From: an uncultured SAR86 cluster bacterium
Lineage (GTDB): Bacteria > Pseudomonadota > Gammaproteobacteria > Magnimaribacterales > D2472
Direction: 5' to 3'
Length of the DNA stretch: 64,000 bases
Assembly (NCBI GenBank): GCA_902617045.1
Contig: CACMVA010000002.1
Coordinates: forward strand, 100,014 to 164,013
Position 1 is the stretch's first letter. Each line of letters begins with the position of its first letter. Under the pieces are notes generated by a model. The model saw only the letters and a program-made list of their open reading frames with translations. It had not been told where the DNA came from and searched no databases. A program made the translations under genes and the position numbers. This document shows positions 6,995 through 16,873 of the stretch, one piece after another.

Positions 6995-9865
6995 ATGGAA
7001 GTTCAACAACAAAATCAAAAAGAAAATATAAATCAATCCATAAGCGATATAGAAACAACAGCACCAGGAAAGCTAAGAGTTATAAAAAGAAATGGGAAAG
7101 TTGTTCCTTTTGAGGACGACAAAATAAAAGTGGCAATAACTAAAGCATTCTTAGCTATTGAATCTGGAAATGCAGCAGCAAGCGAAAGAATACATAAAAA
7201 GGTTGGTGAACTTACAGATGCTGTTGTAGAGGTTTTCAAGAGACGTATGCCCTCTGGAGGAACACTTCATATAGAGGAGATACAAGATCAAGTAGAACTT
7301 CAGCTCATGAGGTCAGAGGAACTCGATGTTGCAAAAAGTTACATACTATATAGAGCAGAAAGAACACAAGAGAGAAAAAAGGAGAAGGTTGAAATAGATC
7401 TACCTGATGTTCCAAGTATAAATATTACAAAAAGCGATGGAAGCCTAGTACCTCTTGATGTGGAGAAAGTTGCAGGATTGATAAGTGATGCATGTGAAGA
7501 CTTGGAAGAAGTATCAGTTAATGAGGTTTTAGATGAAGCTTTAAAAAATTTATATGATGGAGTGTCAATTGCGGATATGAGAACAAGTCTTGTAATGTCA
7601 GCAAGAACAAAGGTTGAGAAAGAACCAAATTATTCTTTTGTAACAGCAAGAATACTCATGGATCAAATAAGAAGTGAAGCATTGAATTTTCTTGGTGTTG
7701 CTGAAGAATCAACATATCAAGAAATGGAATCAAACTATCCAAAAGCATTTAAGGCGTACATAGATAAAGGAATAGAACTTGATATATTAAATCCTGAACT
7801 TAAAACCTTTGACCTTGAGAAGCTTGGAAAGGCAATAGATTTTACTAGAGATAATCAATTTACATATTTAGGCCTTCAAACCCTTTATGACAGATATTTT
7901 ATTCATTGTGATGACGTAAGATATGAGTTGCCTCAAGTATTTTTTATGAGAGTTTCAATGGGACTTGCAATAGAAGAAGAAAACAGAGAAGAAAGAGCAA
8001 TAGAATTCTACAAGCTACTTTCTAGCTTTGATTATATGAGTTCTACACCAACTTTATTCAATTCTGGAACAAAAAGACCACAATTGTCTTCATGTTATTT
8101 AACAACAATACCTGATGACTTAGATGGTATTTTCTCTGCAATGAAAGATAATGCATTATTGTCAAAATGGGCTGGAGGCTTAGGTAATGACTGGACTCCA
8201 GTAAGAGCAATGAACTCTTACATCAAAGGAACAAATGGAAAAAGTCAGGGTGTGGTTCCCTTCTTAAAAGTAGCAAATGATACTGCTGTTGCAGTAAATC
8301 AAGGCGGTAAAAGAAAAGGCGCCATGTGTGGTTATTTAGAAACTTGGCATTTGGATATTGAAGAGTTTTTAGAGCTTAGAAAAAATACTGGTGACGAAAG
8401 AAGAAGAACGCATGATATGAACACTGCAAACTGGGTGCCTGATCTATTTATGAAAAGAGTAGAAAAAGACGAAAACTGGACACTTTTCTCACCTGGAGAA
8501 ACACCAGAACTACATGATCTAATTGGTAAAGCTTTTGAAGAAAAGTATGAAGAATATGAAGATAAGGCAAAAAATGGTGAGATGGATCAATTCAAATCTA
8601 TTCCAGCAAAAGAGCTATGGAGAAAAATGCTTACGATGTTATTCGAAACAGGCCATCCTTGGATTACATTTAAAGACTCTTGCAACCTAAGATCACCACA
8701 GCAACACTCAGGAGTTGTTCATTCATCAAATCTTTGTACCGAGATCACACTAAATACAAGTGCTGATAATGAAATTGCTGTTTGTAATTTAGGCTCTGTT
8801 AACCTTGCAAATCATATGAAAGATGGAAAGCTTGATGAAGAAAAAATTAAAAAAACTGTTTCTACAGCTATAAGAATGTTAGATAACGTCATAAACATTA
8901 ATTATTATTCTGTCGATACTGCTAAAAATTCAAACTTAAAACACAGGCCAATAGGACTTGGCCTTATGGGTTTTCAAGATGCACTTTATTTACAAAATAT
9001 ACCTTACTGCAGCGACGAGGCTGTAGAGTTTGCAGACAGAAGTATGGAACTAATAAGTTATAACGCAATATATGCCTCAACAGAGCTGGCAAAAGAAAGA
9101 GGTGCATATGAGAGCTTTGACGGATCCTTGTGGAGTAAGGGGATACTTCCAAAGGATTCATTAAATATTCTTGAGGAAAACAGAGGAAGTGAGTATCTAA
9201 ATGTTGACAGATCTGAAACATTAGACTGGAAGACACTTAGAAAGAAAGTTAAAAAAGATGGGATGAGAAATTCAAATGTTATGGCAATTGCACCAACAGC
9301 TACTATTTCGAACATAACTGGTATAACACAATCGATTGAACCTACATACCAGAACTTATATGTAAAATCTAACCTGTCAGGTGAGTTTACGATTGTAAAT
9401 CCTCATCTTGTAAGAAAACTAAAAGAATTGGATTTATGGGATGATGTAATGATTAATGACCTTAAATATTTCGAAGGAAGCTTATCAGAGATTTCAAGAA
9501 TACCTGAAGACATCAAAAAGCTTTTTTCCACTGCATTTGAGGTTGAGCCAAGGTATATCGTTGAATCTGCTAGCAGAAGACAAAAATGGATAGACCAAGC
9601 TCAATCACTAAATTTATATATTGGAAATGCTGATGGTAAAAAGCTAGACATAACATACAGAATGGCATGGTATTCAGGTTTAAAAACAACCTATTATCTG
9701 AGGTCAATTGCAGCAACATCAACAGAAAAATCTACAGTTCAACAGGGTAAATTAAACGCAGTAAGTTCTGATGCAAGTCAGGCTTCAACAAAGGAGCTCG
9801 GTGCGCCAGCACCAGTTCCAACAGCATGCTCACTGGATGATCCAGATTGTGAAGCATGTCAATAA
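6995..9865 (+). CDS. nrdA: class Ia ribonucleotide reductase alpha subunit (two ATP-cones)
   Basis: 956 aa with two N-terminal ATP-cone repeats (VIKRNGKVVPFEDDKI and ITKSDGSLVPLDVEKV), active-site NLCTEI and a C-terminal redox Cys pair (DCEACQ). Confidence 0.95.
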   Translation: MEVQQQNQKENINQSISDIETTAPGKLRVIKRNGKVVPFEDDKIKVAITKAFLAIESGNAAASERIHKKVGELTDAVVEVFKRRMPSGGTLHIEEIQDQVELQLMRSEELDVAKSYILYRAERTQERKKEKVEIDLPDVPSINITKSDGSLVPLDVEKVAGLISDACEDLEEVSVNEVLDEALKNLYDGVSIADMRTSLVMSARTKVEKEPNYSFVTARILMDQIRSEALNFLGVAEESTYQEMESNYPKAFKAYIDKGIELDILNPELKTFDLEKLGKAIDFTRDNQFTYLGLQTLYDRYFIHCDDVRYELPQVFFMRVSMGLAIEEENREERAIEFYKLLSSFDYMSSTPTLFNSGTKRPQLSSCYLTTIPDDLDGIFSAMKDNALLSKWAGGLGNDWTPVRAMNSYIKGTNGKSQGVVPFLKVANDTAVAVNQGGKRKGAMCGYLETWHLDIEEFLELRKNTGDERRRTHDMNTANWVPDLFMKRVEKDENWTLFSPGETPELHDLIGKAFEEKYEEYEDKAKNGEMDQFKSIPAKELWRKMLTMLFETGHPWITFKDSCNLRSPQQHSGVVHSSNLCTEITLNTSADNEIAVCNLGSVNLANHMKDGKLDEEKIKKTVSTAIRMLDNVININYYSVDTAKNSNLKHRPIGLGLMGFQDALYLQNIPYCSDEAVEFADRSMELISYNAIYASTELAKERGAYESFDGSLWSKGILPKDSLNILEENRGSEYLNVDRSETLDWKTLRKKVKKDGMRNSNVMAIAPTATISNITGITQSIEPTYQNLYVKSNLSGEFTIVNPHLVRKLKELDLWDDVMINDLKYFEGSLSEISRIPEDIKKLFSTAFEVEPRYIVESASRRQKWIDQAQSLNLYIGNADGKKLDITYRMAWYSGLKTTYYLRSIAATSTEKSTVQQGKLNAVSSDASQASTKELGAPAPVPTACSLDDPDCEACQ

Positions 9866-9882
9866 ATTAAAAGGAGAAAGAA

Positions 9883-11151
9883 ATGTTAAATTGGGATGAA
9901 TACGGAAAAGATGAAAATTCCACACCTCCGGTTGTATCAGAGCAAAAAACTGAAGTAGTTAATCAAACTACTGAGGTAAGACAACCTGAACCTCCTCAGC
10001 CAGCTGAGTCTGCAGTATCTACCGAACCATCTAATATTGGTGAAGGATCTAGAGCAGAAGCAGCTCGTAAAGCTGTAAATAGTCTAGATGAAACAGCTGG
10101 CAACGAGGAACTTGATGAAATGATGGCTAATGCAGGTCGAGTGCAAGTTGATCAAAAAATGATGATCAATTGTAAAGCTGACCTAAATCAGTTGGTGCCA
10201 TTTAAATATGATTGGGCGTGGCAAAAATATCTTGATGGAAGTGCCAATCACTGGATGCCACAGGAAATAAATATGACAAATGATATTGTCTTATGGAAAT
10301 CTGAAGACGGATTAACAGAAGATGAGAGAGTAATTGTAAAAAGAAACTTAGGCTTCTTCTCAACAGCTGATTCTCTAGTTGCAAATAATCTTGTGCTTGC
10401 ATTATATAGATTAATTACAAATCCTGAATGCAGACAATATATTCTCAGACAAAGCCTTGAAGAAGCAATTCATACTCATGCATATCAGTATTGTATTGAA
10501 TCTCTTGGAATGGACGAAGGAGAAATATTCAACATGTACAGAGAAGTTCCATGCGTTGCAAGAAAAGCATCATGGGGCCTTAAGTACACTCAAGAAATTT
10601 CTGATCCAGACTTTAAAACAGGTACTGTCGAAACTGATAAGCAACTACTAAAAAATCTCATAGCATTTTATTGTGTTTTAGAAGGCATTTTCTTTTATTG
10701 TGGTTTTACACAGATTCTCTCCATGGGAAGAAGAAATAAAATGACAGGAACAGCAGAACAGTTTCAATATATCTTAAGAGACGAGTCTATGCATGTAAAC
10801 TTTGGTATCGATGTAATTAATCAAATCAAAATAGAAAATCCTCATTTATGGGATGATCAGATGAAAGCTGATGCGGCGCAGATGATTCTTGAAGGAACTG
10901 AGTTAGAGATTCAATACGCAAGAGATACTATGCCAAGAGGTGTATTAGGAATGAATGCATCTATGATGGAAGAGTATCTAAAATTTATTGCAAATAGAAG
11001 ACTCACACAGCTTGGTCTAGATGAAGAGTTTACTGGAGTATCAAATCCATTCCCATGGATGTCAGAAATTATTGATTTAAGGAAAGAGAAAAATTTCTTT
11101 GAAACAAGAGTTACTGAATATCAAGTTGGTGGTGCGTTAAACTGGGAATAA
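9883..11151 (+). CDS. nrdB: class Ia ribonucleotide reductase beta subunit
   Basis: 422 aa. The di-iron and radical site is EEAIHTHAY (ExxHxxxY), with a second ExxH in [11 protein letters not shown] low-complexity ~85-aa N-terminal extension resembles Pseudomonas NrdB as I recall it. Confidence 0.95.
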   Translation: MLNWDEYGKDENSTPPVVSEQKTEVVNQTTEVRQPEPPQPAESAVSTEPSNIGEGSRAEAARKAVNSLDETAGNEELDEMMANAGRVQVDQKMMINCKADLNQLVPFKYDWAWQKYLDGSANHWMPQEINMTNDIVLWKSEDGLTEDERVIVKRNLGFFSTADSLVANNLVLALYRLITNPECRQYILRQSLEEAIHTHAYQYCIESLGMDEGEIFNMYREVPCVARKASWGLKYTQEISDPDFKTGTVETDKQLLKNLIAFYCVLEGIFFYCGFTQILSMGRRNKMTGTAEQFQYILRDESMHVNFGIDVINQIKIENPHLWDDQMKADAAQMILEGTELEIQYARDTMPRGVLGMNASMMEEYLKFIANRRLTQLGLDEEFTGVSNPFPWMSEIIDLRKEKNFFETRVTEYQVGGALNWE

Positions 11152-11154
11152 AAC

Positions 11155-11763
11155 TTGAAGCTTTATTCAAGCCCAGTTGCTCCTAGCCCGAGAAAGGTTC
11201 TTATCTTCATTGCTGAAAAAGGTATTACAGATATAGAAGTTAAGAACCTTGATATAGGGAAACTAGAGCACAAAACACCAGAATATAAAAAAATTGCTCC
11301 AAATTCTCGTATACCTGCACTCGTTTTGGATAATGAAGAAGTAATACTTGAAACAACTGCTATCTGTCGATATTTAGAGTGTTTACATCCTGAACCAAAC
11401 TTGTTTGGGGATAATGCAGATGACATCGCACAAATTGAAATGTGGTATTCAAGAATTTCTTTTGAATTAATGATGCCTTTAATGCATGGATTTAGACATA
11501 CTCATCCACATATGAGTGCACTTGAAAATCAAAATAACGAATTTGGATTGGCACAAAGAGAATTAGCACTTAAATCATTAAAATATTACGATGAAATAAT
11601 GGTGGATAAAGAATACATAGCATGCAATAAGTTTTCATATGCTGATATCCAAGCTGTAACATCACTTCAATTTCTTGTTCGCCTTAACAAGATAGATATA
11701 AATGATTATAAAAATTTATCCAATTACATAAATAATATTGCAAAAAGACCTAGCTTTGCTTGA
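11155..11763 (+). CDS. glutathione S-transferase family protein
   Basis: 202 aa with a TTG start. It has a thioredoxin-like N-domain (KLYSSPVAPSPRKVLIF, RIPALV) and a helical C-domain. Confidence 0.7.
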   Translation: MKLYSSPVAPSPRKVLIFIAEKGITDIEVKNLDIGKLEHKTPEYKKIAPNSRIPALVLDNEEVILETTAICRYLECLHPEPNLFGDNADDIAQIEMWYSRISFELMMPLMHGFRHTHPHMSALENQNNEFGLAQRELALKSLKYYDEIMVDKEYIACNKFSYADIQAVTSLQFLVRLNKIDINDYKNLSNYINNIAKRPSFA

Positions 11764-11768
11764 TAAAG

Positions 11769-12668
11769 CTATTTGTTGATTAATTCAAAAAATTTAAGAG
11801 TTTGTTCTCCTCCATTTTGAAGAGCTCGTGCATCTGTCATATCAGAAATTTTGTCCCAATTAGCTTCGATATTTTCAGGTGTCATGTCTTCACCCATACC
11901 CAAAGATACTCCCATAGTTTCATGTATAAATATTCTAGAAAAAACTCCTGCACCAGCAGCCATTATGGTTCCGTTAGGTGCATTTTCGCTTGATAAATAA
12001 ATCACTGCAGGTGTAACAAATTCTGGTTGAAGATTTTTGCCAAAGTCTTCTGGGATTAAACCCTCGGTCATTCTTGTATAAGCAACAGGTGTAATAGAGT
12101 TTGTAAAAACATTTTTACTCTGACCTTCAATTTTTAAAGTATTCATAAGGCCAACCATTGCCATCTTTGCAGAGCCGTAGTTAGTTTGGCCAAAGTTACC
12201 AAAAACACCGCTAGAGGAGCTCGTAAAAACAATTCTGCCATACTCTTGCTCTCTCATTATAGGAAAAATTGTATGTGTACAATTCAAGCTTCCTTGAAAA
12301 TGAACATCCATTACTAAATTAAAATCTTCTAAGGTTACTTTATGAAAACTTTTATCTCTAAGAATTCCAGCATTATTTACCAAAATATCTATTCTTCCCC
12401 ACTTTTCCATGGTTTGATTAGTCATTTCTTTTACAGCATCCAGATTAGTAACACTGGCACCATTTGCAATAGCTTCGCCACCTTCAGATTTAATAATATC
12501 TACTACCTCATTTGCAGCATCACTGGCACCACTACCATCAACACTTCCACCAAGATCATTTACAACAACTTTTGCCCCTCGTCTTGCTAACTCAAGCGCA
12601 TGTTCTTTGCCTATACCACCACCAGCACCTGTGACAATTGCAACCCTATCATCAAATCTTATTGACAT
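11769..12668 (-). CDS. SDR family oxidoreductase, MFE-2-type (3R)-hydroxyacyl-CoA dehydrogenase-like
   Basis: 299 aa with VTGAGGGIGK, NNAGILRD and YGSAK catalytic motifs. Similarity to the dehydrogenase domain of multifunctional enzyme type 2 extends along the full length (VVVNDLGG, GRIVFTSSSSGVFGNFGQTNY). Confidence 0.8.
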   Translation of the reverse strand: MSIRFDDRVAIVTGAGGGIGKEHALELARRGAKVVVNDLGGSVDGSGASDAANEVVDIIKSEGGEAIANGASVTNLDAVKEMTNQTMEKWGRIDILVNNAGILRDKSFHKVTLEDFNLVMDVHFQGSLNCTHTIFPIMREQEYGRIVFTSSSSGVFGNFGQTNYGSAKMAMVGLMNTLKIEGQSKNVFTNSITPVAYTRMTEGLIPEDFGKNLQPEFVTPAVIYLSSENAPNGTIMAAGAGVFSRIFIHETMGVSLGMGEDMTPENIEANWDKISDMTDARALQNGGEQTLKFFELINK

Positions 12669-12699
12669 GTTCTTTCTCCAAAATAATAAAGTAAATTTG

Positions 12700-12775
12700 A
12701 AATCGAATTGAAGATATTTTAATCAAAAAAAATCTCATTTACTACGATATAAAACTAAGGATTCCAATTCGATTT
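12700..12775. repeat. 11-bp perfect inverted repeat in the SDR/mdh divergent intergenic region
   Basis: AAATCGAATTG at 12700..12710 and its exact reverse complement CAATTCGATTT at 12765..12775, separated by 54 nt. Confidence 0.6.
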
Positions 12776-12815
12776 AAGAATATAATGTATCATCAGTTTT
12801 TTAAAAGGATTTTTA

Positions 12816-13814
12816 ATGAGTAAATCTATAAAAGTTGTTGTTACTGGAGCTGCAGGACAAATTGCCTATTCTCTAATACCAAGATTAGTCGATGGAAATA
12901 CATTTGGAGATAAAATTGTTGATCTTGCATTAGTTGAAATTCCTCAAGTTGTTGATAAGTTAAAGGGTTTTGTCATGGAGCTTGAAGATTCATATTTTTC
13001 AAAAATGGGAAAGGTTACTTATACCGATAATTTTGAGGAAGCATCAAAAGATGCAGACTGGTTCTTGCTAGTTGGAAGTATACCTAGAGGCATTATTTAT
13101 AATGGAAAGAAGATTGAAGAAAGATCAGATCTTTTAAGTATTAATGGTGGTATTTTTGTTCAACAAGGTGAAGCAATTGGAAAATATGGAAAAGATGACG
13201 CTAAGATCTTAGTTGTTGGTAATCCTGCAAATACAAATGCTTTTATTGGGAAAGATGCTGCTAACAATGACAATCAACTTTGGATGGCAATGACAATGCT
13301 AGATTCTAATAGAGCTAAGTCTATTCTTGCAAAAAAAACAAACAATAATGTTTCTAATGTTAAAAATATGATTATTTGGGGAAATCATAGTCCAACTATG
13401 TATCCTGACTCAGAAAATGCACTAATCTCTGGAAAGCTTGGTAGCGAAGTAATAAATGATATGAATTGGATAGAATCTGAATTCATTCCCACAGTGCAAC
13501 AAAGAGGAAAAGCGGTTATAGATGCCAGAGGCGCATCTTCTGCGACATCTGCAGCAAAAGCAGCAATAGATACTGTTATTGCATGTGAAAAGCCAACTGG
13601 TTCAGGTGATTGTTTTAGTGCAGCTATTGCAAGTGATGGTGCATATGATGTTCCTGAGGGCATTATCTGTGGTTATCCCTTAATTACTCTGGATGATGGA
13701 TCAATAGAAATTAAAAGGGACATTTCATTATCGGAGTTTGCAAAATCTAAATTTAAGATATCTATAGATGAACTTTTATCAGAAAGAGAGGCTGTAAAAC
13801 ATCTCTTAAAATGA
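12816..13814 (+). CDS. mdh: malate dehydrogenase (LDH-like type 2)
   Basis: 332 aa with the motifs VTGAAGQIAYSL, LDSNRAKS and IWGNHSPTMYPD. Confidence 0.9.
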   Translation: MSKSIKVVVTGAAGQIAYSLIPRLVDGNTFGDKIVDLALVEIPQVVDKLKGFVMELEDSYFSKMGKVTYTDNFEEASKDADWFLLVGSIPRGIIYNGKKIEERSDLLSINGGIFVQQGEAIGKYGKDDAKILVVGNPANTNAFIGKDAANNDNQLWMAMTMLDSNRAKSILAKKTNNNVSNVKNMIIWGNHSPTMYPDSENALISGKLGSEVINDMNWIESEFIPTVQQRGKAVIDARGASSATSAAKAAIDTVIACEKPTGSGDCFSAAIASDGAYDVPEGIICGYPLITLDDGSIEIKRDISLSEFAKSKFKISIDELLSEREAVKHLLK

Positions 13815-14272
13815 CAAAAAAAGAAAAAATTCTTCATAGTTATATTACAAACATTATTGAAGATGAAAATCCTAAAAACATTTTCATACTTACATCACAA
13901 GATATATCTAAGCTAATTAAAAGAATAGAAAAATTAAGTGTTAATGGGTTATCTATTGGTCCCAATATTGAAAAATTATCTGATGAAAACTTTGATTTAT
14001 TTATTATTTTGGATGATATACATGCATCTGAATCGAATATTGGAACAATAAAAAATCTTTTAAGCCATAAAATCGCAATTTTTAGTAATTTTGAAGATGA
14101 TCAAGAAACAAATGAAATTATGCTTAAACTTGGGTTCCAAACAGAACTAATTGATAAAAATAATAAATTAAAATGTTTCTCATATAATTTGAAAACTTAT
14201 AACAACAAAAGAACCTGGAACAACCCAAAGGGTTGGGCTAATCCTGAAAATTTTGATAAGTTTAGATGGTGA
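13811..14272 (+). CDS. hypothetical protein, translationally coupled to mdh
   Basis: 153-aa ORF whose ATG overlaps the mdh stop (ATGA). It has a Trp-rich C-terminal motif KRTWNNPKGWANPENFDKFRW. I do not recognise the family with confidence. Confidence 0.5.
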   Translation: MTKKEKILHSYITNIIEDENPKNIFILTSQDISKLIKRIEKLSVNGLSIGPNIEKLSDENFDLFIILDDIHASESNIGTIKNLLSHKIAIFSNFEDDQETNEIMLKLGFQTELIDKNNKLKCFSYNLKTYNNKRTWNNPKGWANPENFDKFRW

Positions 14273-14282
14273 TAAATTTAAA

Positions 14283-15773
14283 CTAAGATTTCAATTGAGG
14301 AAATAACAAAACATCTCTAATAGAAGACTGATTAGTCAATAACATAACTAGCCTATCAACACCCATTCCAACTCCTACTGCTGGCGGCATACCATGTTCA
14401 AGCGCTGTAATATAATCTTGGTCATAGTCCATGGCTTCTTTATCTCCAGAGTCTTTTGCGGCCACTTGTTCTTCAAACCTAGTAGCTTGATCATCAGGAT
14501 CATTAAGTTCACAAAAACCATTAGCAAACTCTTTTCCGCCTATAAATAATTCAAATCGATCAGCATAATCTGGATTTTCTTCATTTCGTCTAGACAATGG
14601 CGAAACTTCAACAGGATATTCTGTAACAAATGTTGGATCGATTAATTTGCCTTCTGCAGTTGCTTCAAATACCTCCAAAAGAATTCTGCCAATACCCCAG
14701 CTTTTTTCAACTTTTACTTTATTGCTGGTCAAAATATTTTGAAGTTTTTTCTTATTACTTAAATCATCTTTACTTAATTCTTTATTAAACTCTAAAACTA
14801 AATCTGAAAGAGTTGATTGTTTAAAATTATTTAGGTTAACTTTAATATCTCCCCATTCAATTTTCGATTCACAGTCAGCTGCTTTAGCAGCATTTAAAAT
14901 AATATCTTTTGTTAAATCCATTTGATCTTGCATGCTTGCATAGGCTTGATACCACTCCATCATGGTAAATTCTGGATTATGTTTTGTAGATAAGCCTTCA
15001 TTTCTGAAACTTCTATTAATTTCAAAAACGCGTTCAAAACCTCCAACTAAAAGTCTTTTTAAATAAAGTTCTGGCGCAATCCTTAAATAAAGATCTTGTC
15101 CCAGGGCATTATGTTGAGTTACAAATGGACGTGCTACTGCACCGCCAGCTAAAGGATGCATCATTGGTGTCTCAACTTCTAAGTATCCAGATTCATTCAT
15201 TTTCTTTCTTAGAGAATCAATTATTTTTGTTCTTTTAATAAAAACTTCTTTTGTATCATTATTTGTCATTAAGTCTAGGTACCGTTGTCTATATCTTGCT
15301 TCAATATCTGTTAAACCCTTAAATTTTTCAGGCATTGGTCTTAATGATTTTGTAATCATTTCTAAATCCCATACATCAATTGTTAACTCATCTGTTTTAG
15401 TACGAAAAAGAGAGCCTGACACACCAACAATATCTCCAAGATCCCATGTTTTAAAATCTTCATAAACACTCTCATCAACATTATTTTTTGTCACATAGAT
15501 TTGAATGTCGCCAGACGCATCTCGTAAGGTTGCGAAACTAGCATTACCCATCACTCTTTTTAGGACAATACGACCAGCCACAGAAATATTTTTAATATTC
15601 TTCTTAGCTAAATCATCTTTTGAGACATCTCCATATTCTTCATGAAGACTTAATGCGTTATTTTTTGGTTTAAATGAATTGCCGTATGCATCTCCTCTAT
15701 CTCGAAGTTGATCTAATTTTTTCCTTCTCTCTTCAATGAGGGCTTTTTCGCCACTTATATTTTCTTTATCCAT
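14283..15773 (-). CDS. lysS: lysine--tRNA ligase (class II)
   Basis: 496 aa with an OB-fold N-domain, motif 2 SFRNEG and motif 3 GMGVDRLVMLL. It lies directly downstream of prfB, as in E. coli. Confidence 0.95.
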   Translation of the reverse strand: MDKENISGEKALIEERRKKLDQLRDRGDAYGNSFKPKNNALSLHEEYGDVSKDDLAKKNIKNISVAGRIVLKRVMGNASFATLRDASGDIQIYVTKNNVDESVYEDFKTWDLGDIVGVSGSLFRTKTDELTIDVWDLEMITKSLRPMPEKFKGLTDIEARYRQRYLDLMTNNDTKEVFIKRTKIIDSLRKKMNESGYLEVETPMMHPLAGGAVARPFVTQHNALGQDLYLRIAPELYLKRLLVGGFERVFEINRSFRNEGLSTKHNPEFTMMEWYQAYASMQDQMDLTKDIILNAAKAADCESKIEWGDIKVNLNNFKQSTLSDLVLEFNKELSKDDLSNKKKLQNILTSNKVKVEKSWGIGRILLEVFEATAEGKLIDPTFVTEYPVEVSPLSRRNEENPDYADRFELFIGGKEFANGFCELNDPDDQATRFEEQVAAKDSGDKEAMDYDQDYITALEHGMPPAVGVGMGVDRLVMLLTNQSSIRDVLLFPQLKS

Positions 15774-16871
15774 TTATATGCCTGCTTTTAAGGATGATTT
15801 CATAAAATCATCTAAATCACCATTTAAAACTGCTGTTGTATTGCCTGTTTCATAATTTGTTCTCAAATCCTTGATTCTTGACTGATCCAGTACATATGAT
15901 CTTATTTGACTACCCCATCCTATGTCTGACTTACTGTCTTCAAGAATTTGCTGTTCTTCATTTTGCTTTTGTAATTCTAACTCGTAAAGCTTAGATTTTA
16001 ATTGTTTTAATGCATTTTCTTTGTTTTTATGTTGAGACCTATCACTTTGTGATTGAGCAACCAGTCCAGTTGGTAAATGGGTTAATCTTACGGCTGAGTC
16101 TGTTTTATTTACATGCTGTCCACCAGCTCCTGATGCTCTATAGGTATCCACTCTTAAATCTGCTTTATTTATGTTTATCTCAATGGAATCATCTATTTCA
16201 GGTGATATAAATACAGAGGCGAATGAAGTATGTCTTCTATTTCCTGAATCAAATGGAGATTTCCTTACCAGTCTATGTATTCCAGTTTCAGTTCTGAGCC
16301 ATCCATATGCATGGTCACCATCAACATAGAGTGAGGCTGACTTTATGCCAGCAACATCACCATGTGATATTTCAACCAAATCAGTGGCAAAACCCCTACT
16401 TTCTGCCCACTTGGTATACATTCTTAAAAGCATTTCAGCCCAATCTTGTGCTTCAGTTCCTCCTGAGCCTGATTGAATTTCTACAAATGCAGATGATGGA
16501 TCCATTTTATTGCCAAACATTTTGCTAAATTCAAGCTCTTCAAGTGCGGACACAATTTCATTTCTTTCATTTAAAATATCTTCTATTGAGCTATCATCGT
16601 TTTCTTCAATAGATACTTCGAGCAGAACAACTGAATCAGAAAGTTTTCTAGATACGTCATCAAATGATTTTATACTTTTTTCTAATGTTGTTTTTTCTTT
16701 GCTGAGTTTTTGTGAAAGTTCTAAATCAGACCATACCTCTTCTTTCGATAGTTCACTATCGATTTCATTTAATCTGGTTTTTTTATTGTCGATAAGAAGA
16801 ATATTGTCTTTAATATCTTGTAATCTTGCTTCCATTTCGGACAAAGAAAGTTTTAACTCTTGAAAGTCCAT
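15774..16871 (-). CDS. prfB: peptide chain release factor 2 (single uninterrupted ORF)
   Basis: 365 aa with SPF (RKSPFDS) and GGQ (SGAGGQHVN) motifs. There is no in-frame stop at the position of the E. coli frameshift site. Confidence 0.95.
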   Translation of the reverse strand: MDFQELKLSLSEMEARLQDIKDNILLIDNKKTRLNEIDSELSKEEVWSDLELSQKLSKEKTTLEKSIKSFDDVSRKLSDSVVLLEVSIEENDDSSIEDILNERNEIVSALEELEFSKMFGNKMDPSSAFVEIQSGSGGTEAQDWAEMLLRMYTKWAESRGFATDLVEISHGDVAGIKSASLYVDGDHAYGWLRTETGIHRLVRKSPFDSGNRRHTSFASVFISPEIDDSIEININKADLRVDTYRASGAGGQHVNKTDSAVRLTHLPTGLVAQSQSDRSQHKNKENALKQLKSKLYELELQKQNEEQQILEDSKSDIGWGSQIRSYVLDQSRIKDLRTNYETGNTTAVLNGDLDDFMKSSLKAGI

Positions 16872-16873
16872 AA

